Origin: Auanema rhodensis
Taxonomy: Eukaryota; Animalia; Nematoda
Direction of reading: 5' to 3'
NCBI GenBank assembly: GCA_964057225.1
Contig: OZ059898.1
Coordinates: forward strand, 2,542,001 to 2,606,000
Length of the DNA stretch: 64,000 nucleotides
Both the position numbers and the translations under genes were made by a program. The notes under the pieces were generated by a model. It had not been told where the DNA came from. It made no database searches and was given only the letters and a program-made list of their open reading frames with translations. Below, piece by piece: positions 53,002 to 64,000 of this stretch; within the stretch, counting starts at the first letter, position 1, and each line of letters starts with the position of its first letter.

Positions 53002-56000
53002 AGCTTAAAAATGCACCGAGATATCAACTGATATAAGTTCACACTTATATCCTCGATTTTCACCCTGAAGAAATAATTTTTTCGTTGAATAACATTGTCC
53101 ATCGTCTTTGCCTTGAAAAAAGGAATCTAAAAACATCTAATTTTTGCTGAATTATTTTGAAATTTTTCGAAAAAATTTTTGTCAAAATGTTTTTGGAAGC
53201 AATGTTGAGTGTACATGGAAACTCAACATACACTAATGCATCATTTTTCAAACGATCATAACTAATTTTTGTATCAAGCGTTTTTCAATGTAGTATAGTG
53301 CATTCGATGCGGATTTTTAAGCTGCGTCGATCTGTGTTATCAGATTTGCGCTGGCTTAAAAATGCACCGAGATATCAACTGATATAAGTTCACACTTATA
53401 TTCTCGATTTTCACCCTGAAGAAATAATTTTTTCGTTGAATATTATTGTCCATCGTCTTCGCCTTAAAAAATGGAATCTTAAAACATCTACTTTTTGCTG
53501 AATTATTCTGAAATTTTTCGAAAAAATTTTTGTCAAAATGTTTTTGGAAGCAATGTTGAGTGTACATGGAAACTCAACATACACTAATGCATCATTTTTC
53601 AAACGATCATAACTAATTTTTGTATCAAGTGTTTCTCAATGTAATATAGTGCATTCGATGCGGATTTTTAAGCTGCGTCGATCTGTGTTATCAGATTTGC
53701 GCTAGCTTAAAAATGCACCGAGATATCAACTGATATAAGTTCACACTTATATCCTCGATTTTCACCCTGAAGAATTAATTTTTTCGTTGAATAACATTGT
53801 CCATCGTCTTTGCCTTGAAAAATGGAATCTAAAAACATCTACTTTTTGCTAAATTATTTTGAAATTTTTCGAAACAATTTTTGTCAAAATGTTTTTGGAA
53901 GCAATGTTGAGTGTACATGGAAACTCAACATACACTAATGCATCATTTTTCAAACGATCATAACTAATTTTTGTATCAAGCGTTTCTTTATGTAGTATAG
54001 TGCATTCGATCCGGATTTTTAAGCTGCGTCGATCTGTGTTATCAGATTTGCGCTAGCTTAAAAATGCACCGAGATATCAACTGATATAAGTTCACTCTTA
54101 TATCCTCGATTTTCACCCTGAAGAAATAATTTTTTCGTTGAACAACATTGTCCATCGTCTTTGCCTTGAAAAAAGGAATCTAAAAACATCTACTTTTTGC
54201 TAAATTATTTTGAAATTTTTCGAAAAAATTTTTGTCAAAATGTTTTTGGAAGCAATGTTGAGTGTACATGGAAACTCAACATACACTAATGCATCATTTT
54301 CCAAACGATCATAACTAATTTTTGTATTAAGCTTTTCTCAATGTAGTATAGTGCATTCGATGCGGATTTTTAAGCTGCGTCGATCTGTGTTATCAGATTT
54401 GCGCTAGCTTAAAAATGCACCGAGATATCAACTGATATACGTTCACACTTATATCCTCGATTTTCACCCTGAAGAATTAATTTTTTCGTTGAATAACATT
54501 GTCCATCGTCTTTGCCTTGAAAAAAGGAATCTAAAAACATCTAATTTTTGCTGAATTATTTTGAAATTTTTCGAAAAAATTTTTGTCAAAATGTTTTTGG
54601 AAGCAATGTTGAGTGTACATGGAAACTCAACATACACTAATGCATCATTTTTCAAACGATCATAACTAATTTTTGTATCAAGCGTTTTCCAATGTAGTAT
54701 AGTGCATTCGATGCGGATTTTTAAGCTGCGTCGATCTGTGTTATCAGATTTGCGCTAGCTTAAAAATGCACCGAGATATCAACTGATATAAGTTCACACT
54801 TATATCCTCGATTTTCACCCTGAAGAAATAATTTTTTCCTTGAATAACATTGTCCATCGTCTTCGCCTTGGAAAAAGGAATCTAAAAACATCTACTTTTT
54901 GCTAAATTATTTTGAAATTTTTCGAAAAAATTTTTGTCAAAATGTTTTTGGAAGCAATGTTGAGTGTACATGGAAACTCAACATACACTAATGCATCATT
55001 TTTCAAACGATCATAACTAATTTTTGTATCAAGCGTTTTCCAATGTAGTATAGTGCATTCGATGCGGATTTTTAAGCTGCGTCGATCTGTGTTATCAGAT
55101 TTGCGCTAGCTTAAAAATGCACCGAGATATCAACTGATATAAGTTCACACTTATATCCTCGATTTTCACCCTGAAGAAATAATTTTTTCCTTGAATAACA
55201 TTGTCCATCGTCTTCGCCTTGGAAAAAGGAATCTAAAAACATCTACTTTTTGCTAAATTATTTTGAAATTTTTCGAAAAAATTTTTGTCAAAATGTTTTT
55301 GGAAGCAATGTTGAGTGTACATGGAAACTCAACATACACTAATGCATCATTTTTCAAACGATCATAACTAATTTTTGTATCAAGTGTTTCTCAATGTAAT
55401 ATAGTGCATTCGATGCGGATTTTTAAGCTGCGTCGATCTGTGTTATCAGATTTGCGCTAGCTTAAAAATGCACCGAGATATCAACTGATATAAGTTCACA
55501 CTTATATCCTCGATTTTCACCCTGAAGAATTAATTTTTTCGTTGAATAACATTGTCCATCGTCTTCGCCTTGGAAAAAGGAATCTAAAAACATCTACTTT
55601 TTGCTAAATTATTTTGAAATTTTTCGAAAAAATTTTTGTCAAAATGTTTTTGGAAGCAATGTTGAGTGTACATGGAAACTCAACATACACTAATGCATCA
55701 TTTTTCAAACGATCATAACTAATTTTTGTATCAAGTGTTTCTCAATGTAATATAGTGCATTCGATGCGGATTTTTAAGCTGCGTCGATCTGTGTTATCAG
55801 ATTTGCGCTAGCTTAAAAATGCACCGAGATATCAACTGATATAAGTTCACACTTATATCCTCGATTTTCACCCTGAAGAATTAATTTTTTCGTTGAATAA
55901 CATTGTCCATCGTCTTTGCCTTGAAAAATGGAATCTAAAAACATCTACTTTTTGCTAAATTATTTTGAAATTTTTCGAAACAATTTTTGTCAAAATGTTT

Positions 56001-58617
56001 TTGGAAGCAATGTTGAGTGTACATGGAAACTCAACATACACTAATGCATCATTTTTCAAACGATCATAACTAATTTTTGTATCAAGCGTTTCTCAATGTA
56101 GTATAGTGCATTCGATGCGGATTTTCAAGCTGCGTCGATCTGTGTTATCAGATTTGCGCTAGCTTAAAAATGCACCGAGATATCAACTGATATAAGTTCA
56201 CACTTATATCCTCGATTTTCACCCTGAAGAATTAATTTTTTCGTTGAATAACATTGTCCATCGTCTTTGCCTTGAAAAATGGAATCTAAAAACATCTACT
56301 TTTTGCTAAATTATTTTGAAATTTTTCGAAACAATTTTTGTCAAAATGTTTTTGGAAGCAATGTTGAGTGTACATGGAAACTCAACATACACTAATGCAT
56401 CATTTTTCAAACGATCATAACTAATTTTTGTATCAAGCGTTTCTTTATGTAGTATAGTGCATTCGATCCGGATTTTTAAGCTGCGTCGATCTGTGTTATC
56501 AGATTTGCGCTAGCTTAAAAATGCACCGAGATATCAACTGATATAAGTTCACACTTATATCCTCGATTTTCACCCTGAAGAAATAATTTTTTCGTTGAAC
56601 AACATTGTCCATCGTCTTTGCCTTGAAAAAAGGAATCTAAAAACATCTACTTTTTGCTAAATTATTTTGAAATTTTTCGAAAAAATTTTTGTCAAAATGT
56701 TTTTGGAAGCAATGTTGAGTGTACATGGAAACTCAACATACACTAATGCATCATTTTCCAAACGATCATAACTAATTTTTGTATTAAGCTTTTCTCAATG
56801 TAGTATAGTGCATTCGATGCGGATTTTTAAGCTGCGTCGATCTGTGTTATCAGATTTGCGCTAGCTTAAAAATGCACCGAGATATCAACTGATATACGTT
56901 CACACTTATATCCTCGATTTTCACCCTGAAGAATTAATTTTTTCGTTGAATAACATTGTCCATCGTCTTTGCCTTGAAAAAAGGAATCTAAAAACATCTA
57001 ATTTTTGCTGAATTATTTTGAAATTTTTCGAAAAAATTTTTGTCAAAATGTTTTTGGAAGCAATGTTGAGTGTACATGGAAACTCAACATACACTAATGC
57101 ATCATTTTTCAAACGATCATAACTAATTTTTGTATCAAGCGTTTTCCAATGTAGTATAGTGCATTCGATGCGGATTTTTAAGCTGCGTCGATCTGTGTTA
57201 TCAGATTTGCGCTAGCTTAAAAATGCACCGAGATATCAACTGATATAAGTTCACACTTATATCCTCGATTTTCACCCTGAAGAAATAATTTTTTCCTTGA
57301 ATAACATTGTCCATCGTCTTCGCCTTGGAAAAAGGAATCTAAAAACATCTACTTTTTGCTAAATTATTTTGAAATTTTTCGAAAAAATTTTTGTCAAAAT
57401 GTTTTTGGAAGCAATGTTGAGTGTACATGGAAACTCAACATACACTAATGCATCATTTTTCAAACGATCATAACTAATTTTTGTATCAAGTGTTTCTCAA
57501 TGTAATATAGTGCATTCGATGCGGATTTTTAAGCTGCGTCGATCTGTGTTATCAGATTTGCGCTAGCTTAAAAATGCACCGAGATATCAACTGATATAAG
57601 TTCACACTTATATCCTCGATTTTCACCCTGAAGAATTAATTTTTTCGTTGAATAACATTGTCCATCGTCTTTGCCTTGAAAAATGGAATCTAAAAACATC
57701 TACTTTTTGCTAAATTATTTTGAAATTTTTCGAAACAATTTTTGTCAAAATGTTTTTGGAAGCAATGTTGAGTGTACATGGAAACTCAACATACACTAAT
57801 GCATCATTTTTCAAACGATCATAACTAATTTTTGTATCAAGCGTTTCTCAATGTAGTATAGTGCATTCGATGCGGATTTTCAAGCTGCGTCGATCTGTGT
57901 TATCAGATTTGCGCTAGCTTAAAAATGCACCGAGATATCAACTGATATAAGTTCACTCTTATATCCTCGATTTTCACCCTGAAGAATTAATTTTTTCGTT
58001 GAATAACATTGTCCATCGTCTTTGCCTTGAAAAATGGAATCTAAAAACATCTACTTTTTGCTAAATTATTTTGAAATTTTTCGAAACAATTTTTGTCAAA
58101 ATGTTTTTGGAAGCAATGTTGAGTGTACATGGAAACTCAACATACACTAATGCATCATTTTTCAAACGATCATAACTAATTTTTGTATCAAGCGTTTCTT
58201 AATGTAGTATAGTGCATTCGATCCCGATTTTTAAGCTGCGTCGATCTGTGTTATCAGATTTGCGCTAGCTTAAAAATGCACCGAGATATCAACTGATATA
58301 AGTTCACACTTATATCCTCGATTTTCACCCTGAAGAATTAATTTTTTCGTTGAATAACATTGTCCATCGTCTTTGCCTTGAAAAATGAAATCTAAAAACA
58401 TCTACTTTTTGCTAAATTATCTTGAAATTTTTCGAAACAATTTTTGTCAAAATGTTTTTGGAAGCAATGTTGAGTGTACATGGAAACTCAACATACACTA
58501 ATGCATCATTTTTCAAACGATCATAACTAATTTTTGTATCAAGCGTTTTTCAATGTAGTATAGTGCATTCGATGCGGATTTTAAAGCTGCGTCGATCTGT
58601 GTTATCAGATTTGCGCT
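53002..58617 (+). repeat. Third, rearranged copy of the M114-M129 block (M152-M167)
   Basis: The offset is 38 monomers (13338 bp; ORF track 39722/53060, 40002/53340, 41126/54464). It shifts to 39 monomers after one extra monomer, M157 (43232/56921). This copy lacks the M128-type monomer. Confidence 0.88.
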
Positions 58618-61600
58618 AGCTTAAAAATGCACCGAGATATCAACTGATATAAGTTCACACTTATATCCTCGATTTTCACCCTGAAGAAATAATTTTTTCG
58701 TTGAATATTATTGTCCATCGTCTTTGCCTTGAAAAAAGGAATCTAAAAACATCTACTTTTTGCTAAATTATTTTGAAATTTTTCGAAAAAATTTTTGTCA
58801 AAATGTTTTTGGAAGCAATGTTGAGTGTACATGGAAACTCAACATACACTAATGCATCATTTTTCAAAAGATCATAACTAATTTTTGTATCAAGCGTTTC
58901 TCAATGTAGTATAGTGCATTCGATGCGGATTTTTAAGCTGCGTCGATCGGTGTTATCAGATTTGCGCTAGCTTAAAAATGCACCGAGATATCAACTGATA
59001 TAAGTTCACACTTATATCCTCGATTTTCACCCTGAAGAAATAATTTTTTCGTTGAATATTATTGTCCATCGTCTTTGCCTTGAAAAAAGGAATCTAAAAA
59101 CATCTACTTTTTGCTAAATTATTTTGAAATTTTTCGAAACAATTTTTGTCAAAATGTTTTTGGAAGCAATGTTGAGTGTACATGGAAACTCAACATACAC
59201 TAATGCATCATTTTTCAAACGATCATAACTAATTTTTGTATCAAGTGTTTCTCAATGTAATATAGTGCATTCGATGCGGATTTTTAAGCTGCGTCGATCT
59301 GTGTTATCAGATTTGCGCTAGCTTAAAAATGCACCGAGATATCAACTGATATAAGTTCACACTTATATCCTCGATTTTCACCCTGAAGAATTAATTTTTT
59401 CGTTGAATAACATTGTCCATCGTCTTTGCCTTGAAAAATGGAATCTAAAAACATCTACTTTTTGCTAAATTATTTTGAAATTTTTCGAAACAATTTTTGT
59501 CAAAATGTTTTTGGAAGCAATGTTGAGTGTACATGGAAACTCAACATACACTAATGCATCATTTTTCAAACGATCATAACTAATTTTTGTATCAAGCGTT
59601 TCTTAATGTAGTATAGTGCATTCGATGCGGATTTTTAAGCTGCGTCGATCTGTGTTATCAGATTTGCGCTAGCTTAAAAATGCACCGAGATATCAACTGA
59701 TATAAGTTCACACTTATATCCTCGATTTTCACCCTGAAGAATTAATTTTTTCGTTGAATAACATTGTCCATCGTCTTTGCCTTGAAAAATGGAATCTAAA
59801 AACATCTACTTTTCGCTAAATTATTTTGAAATTTTTCGAAAAAATTTTTGTCAAAATGTTTTTGGAAGCAATGTTGAGTGTACATGGAAACTCAACATAC
59901 ACTAATGCATCATTTTTCAAACGATCATAACTAATTTTTGTATTAAGCGTTTCTCAATAAAGTATAGTGCATTCGATGCGAATTTTTAAGCTGCGTCGAT
60001 CTGTGTTATCAGATTTGCGCTAGCTTAAAAATGCACCGAGATATCAACTGATATAAGTTCACACTTATATCCTCGATTTTCACCCTGAAGAATTAATTTT
60101 TTCGTTGAATAACATTGTCCATCGTCTTTGCCTTGAAAAATGGAATCTAAAAACATCTACTTTTTGCTAAATTATTTTGAAATTTTTCGAAACAATTTTT
60201 GTCAAAATGTTTTTGGAAGCAATGTTGAGTGTACATGGAAACTCAACATACACTAATGCATCATTTTTCAAACGATCATAACTAATTTTTGTATCAAGCG
60301 TTTTTCAATGTAGTATAGTGCATTCGATGCGGATTTTTAAGCTGCGTCGATCTGTGTTATCAGATTTGCGCTAGCTTAAAAATGCACCGAGATATCAACT
60401 GATATAAGTTCACACTTATATCCTCGATTTTCACCCTGAAGAAATAATTTTTTCGTTGAATATTATTGTCCATCGTCTTTGCCTTGAAAAAAGGAATCTA
60501 AAAACATCTACTTTTTGCTAAATTATTTTGAAATTTTTCGAAAAAATTTTTGTCAAAATGTTTTTGGAAGCAATGTTGAGTGTACATGGAAACTCAACAT
60601 ACACTAATGCATCATTTTTCAAACGATCATAACTAATTTTTGTATTAAGCGTTTCTCAATAAAGTATAGTGCATTCGATGCGAATTTTTAAGCTGCGTCG
60701 ATCTGTGTTATCAGATTTGCGCTAGCTTAAAAATGCACCGAGATATCAACTGATATAAGTTCACACTTATATCCTCGATTTTCACCCTGAAGAATTAATT
60801 TTTTCGTTGAATAACATTGTCCATCGTCTTTGCCTTGAAAAATGGAATCTAAAAACATCTACTTTTTGCTAAATTATTTTGAAATTTTTCGAAACAATTT
60901 TTGTCAAAATGTTTTTGGAAGCAATGTTGAGTGTACATGGAAACTCAACATACACTAATGCATCATTTTTCAAACGATCATAACTAATTTTTGTATCAAG
61001 CGTTTTTCAATGTAGTATAGTGCATTCGATGCGGATTTTTAAGCTGCGTCGATCTGTGTTATCAGATTTGCGCTAGCTTAAAAATGCACCGAGATATCAA
61101 CTGATATAAGTTCACACTTATATCCTCGATTTTCACCCTGAAGAAATAATTTTTTCGTTGAATATTATTGTCCATCGTCTTTGCCTTGAAAAAAGGAATC
61201 TAAAAACATCTACTTTTTGCTAAATTATTTTGAAATTTTTCGAAAAAATTTTTGTCAAAATGTTTTTGGAAGCAATGTTGAGTGTACATGGAAACTCAAC
61301 ATACACTAATGCATCATTTTTCAAACGATCATAACTAATTTTTGTATCAAGCGTTTTTCAATGTAGTATAGTGCATTCGATGCGGATTTTTAAGCTGCGT
61401 CGATCTGTGTTATCAGATTTGCGCTAGCTTAAAAATGCACCGAGATATCAACTGATATAAGTTCACACTTATATCCTCGATTTTCACCCTGAAGAAATAA
61501 TTTTTTCGTTGAATATTATTGTCCATCGTCTTTGCCTTGAAAAAAGGAATCTAAAAACATCTACTTTTTGCTAAATTATTTTGAAATTTTTCGAAAAAAT

Positions 61601-64000
61601 TTTTGTCAAAATGTTTTTGGAAGCAATGTTGAGTGTACATGGAAACTCAACATACACTAATGCATCATTTTTCAAAAGATCATAACTAATTTTTGTATCA
61701 AGCGTTTCTCAATGTAGTATAGTGCATTCGATGCGGATTTTTAAGCTGCGTCGATCTGTGTTATCAGATTTGCGCTAGCTTAAAAATGCACCGAGATATC
61801 AACTGATATAAGTTCACACTTATATCCTCGATTTTCACCCTGAAGAAATAATTTTTTCGTTGAATATTATTGTCCATCGTCTTTGCCTTGAAAAAAGAAA
61901 TCTAAAAACATCTACTTTTTGCTAAATTATTTTGAAATTTTTCGAAACAATTTTTGTCAAAATGTTTTTGGAAGCAATGTTGAGTGTACATGGAAACTCA
62001 ACATACACTAATGCATCATTTTTCAAACGATCATAACTAATTTTTGTATCAAGTGTTTCTCAATGTAATATAGTGCATTCGATGCGGATTTTTAAGCTGC
62101 GTCGATCTGTGTTATCAGATTTGCGCTAGCTTAAAAATGCACCGAGATATCAACTGATATAAGTTCACACTTATATCCTCGATTTTCACCCTGAAGAATT
62201 AATTTTTTCGTTGAATAACATTGTCCATCGTCTTTGCCTTGAAAAATGGAATCTAAAAACATCTACTTTTTGCTAAATTATTTTGAAATTTTTCGAAACA
62301 ATTTTTGTCAAAATGTTTTTGGAAGCAATGTTGAGTGTACATGGAAACTCAACATACACTAATGCATCATTTTTCAAACGATCATAACTAATTTTTATAT
62401 TAAGCGTTTCTCAATGTAGTATAGTGCATTCGATGCGGATTTTTAAGCTGCGTCGATCTGTGTTATCAGATTTGCGCTAGCTTAAAAATGCACCGAGATA
62501 TCAACTGATATAAGCTCACACTTATATCCTCGATTTTCACCCTGAAGAATTAATTTTTTCGTTGAATAACATTGTCCATCGTCTTTGCCTTGAAAAATGG
62601 AATCTAAAAACATCTACTTTTCGCTAAATTATTTTGAAATTTTTCGAAAAAATTTTTGTCAAAATGTTTTTGGAAGCAATGTTGAGTGTACATGGAAACT
62701 CAACATACACTAATGCATCATTTTTCAAACGATCATAACTTATTTTTGTATTAAGCGTTTCTCAATGTAGTATAGTGCATTCGATGCGGATTTTTAAGCT
62801 GCGTCGATCTGTGTTATCAGATTTGCGCTAGCTTAAAAATGCACCGAGATATCAACTGATATAAGTTCACACTTATATCCTCGATTTTCACCCTGAAGAA
62901 TTAATTTTTTCGTTGAATAACATTGTCAATCGTCTTTGCCTTGAAAAATGGAATCTAAAAACATCTACTTTTTGCTAAATTATTTTGAAATTTTTCGAAA
63001 CAATTTTTGTCAAAATGTTTTTGGAAGCAATGTTGAGTGTACATGGAAACTCAACATACACTAATGCATCATTTTTCAAACGATCATAACTAATTTTTGT
63101 ATCAAGCGTTTTTCAATGTAGTATAGTGCATTCGATGCGGATTTTTAAGCTGCGTCGATCTGTGTTATCAGATTTGCGCTAGCTTAAAAATGCACCGAGA
63201 TATCAACTGATATAAGTTCACACTTATATCCTCGATTTTCACCCTGAAGAAATAATTTTTTCGTTGAATATTATTGTCCATCGTCTTTGCCTTGAAAAAA
63301 GGAATCTAAAAACATCTACTTTTTGCTAAATTATTTTGAAATTTTTCGAAAAAATTTTTGTCAAAATGTTTTTGGAAGCAATGTTGAGTGTACATGGAAA
63401 CTCAACATACACTAATGCATCATTTTTCAAAAGATCATAACTAATTTTTGTATCAAGCGTTTCTCAATGTAGTATAGTGCATTCGATGCGGATTTTTAAG
63501 CTGCGTCGATCTGTGTTATCAGATTTGCGCTAGCTTAAAAATGCACCGAGATATCAACTGATATAAGTTCACACTTATATCCTCGATTTTCACCCTGAAG
63601 AATTAATTTTTTCGTTGAATAACATTGTCCATCGTCTTTGCCTTGAAAAATGGAATCTAAAAACATCTACTTTTTGCTAAATTATTTTGAAATTTTTCGA
63701 AACAATTTTTGTCAAAATGTTTTTGGAAGCAATGTTGAGTGTACATGGAAACTCAACATACACTAATGCATCATTTTTCAAACGATCATAACTAATTTTT
63801 GTATCAAGCGTTTCTCAATGTAGTATAGTGCATTCGATGCGGATTTTTAAGCTGCGTCGATCTGTGTTATCAGATTTGCGCTAGCTTAAAAATGCACCGA
63901 GATATCAACTGATATAAGTTCACACTTATATCCTCGATTTTCACCCTGAAGAATTAACTTTTTCGTTGAATAACATTGTCTATCGTCTTTGCCTTGAAAA
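58618..64000 (+). repeat. Terminal monomer sub-family with loose ~5-monomer order, M168-M183
   Basis: Distinct markers: 91T/92T with 120A (M168, 169, 173, 175, 176, 177, 181), 252A (M168, 176, 181) and 289A/290A+311A (M171, 173). M168-172 resemble M176-180. Confidence 0.75.

Larger units (their letters stand above)
1..64000. repeat. Tandem satellite DNA array, 351-bp AT-rich monomer, ~182.3 head-to-tail copies, running off both window ends
   Basis: AGCTTAAAAATGCACCGAGATATC... recurs at 1, 352, 703 and onward. Phase is exact at every 20th copy (7021, 14041, 21061, 28081, 35101, 42121, 49141, 56161, 63181) and the last partial copy starts at 63883. All copies have the same orientation. Each monomer has single EcoRV (pos 19-24), BstBI (165-170), BsrGI (209-214) and NsiI (235-240) sites, and most junctions carry an NheI site. 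Confidence 0.99.

Noticed and set aside
40002-53567. Recurrent 75-aa minus-strand ORFs (MYTQHCFQK...)
   Set aside because: They are confined to the divergent H monomer, where SNPs (e.g. 128T, 91-92TT, 1G) remove stops. They overlap another spurious ORF and there is no coding evidence.
39722-57112. Recurrent 63-aa minus-strand ORFs (MKNDALVYVEF...)
   Set aside because: They are open only in monomers with 148A>G (minus-strand TAG>CAG). They have a TTG start and a K/F/I/N-rich composition expected from AT-rich DNA. They are useful only as markers of the HOR structure.
1-64000. CRISPR array or other repeat-spacer system
   Set aside because: Hairpin-containing repeats are present, but the intervening sequence is as conserved as the hairpins. 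There are no unique spacers and no cas genes.
1-64000. Embedded transposon, strand inversion or unique island
   Set aside because: The 351-bp phase and orientation are kept from start to end, which leaves no room for an insertion.

Overview
The whole 64-kb window is one uninterrupted head-to-tail tandem satellite array. It holds 182 complete 351-bp monomers plus a 118-bp partial copy (monomer n starts at 351*(n-1)+1; M# below is the monomer number, 'pos' the position within a monomer). By hand count the consensus is about 32% GC. Monomers differ only by substitutions, typically a few percent; I saw no indels, inversions, transposon insertions, genes, RNA genes or CRISPR spacers. The ORF-track entries are chance read-throughs created by single stop-destroying SNPs. 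The information lies in (i) the monomer architecture, with four dyad/hairpin elements and alternating conserved and variable blocks at roughly half-monomer (~175 bp) spacing, and (ii) the order of monomer variants. That order records nested higher-order repeats (a 702-bp dimer, 5- to 8-mers, recent 16- and 17-monomer block duplications), chimeric junction monomers, and a sub-family switch at about 31-32 kb. This looks like eukaryotic (peri)centromeric or heterochromatic satellite DNA, probably from a lineage with little CpG methylation. I do not recognise the family or species, and I found no protein-coding 'system'. All variant typing was done by eye and should be confirmed computationally.
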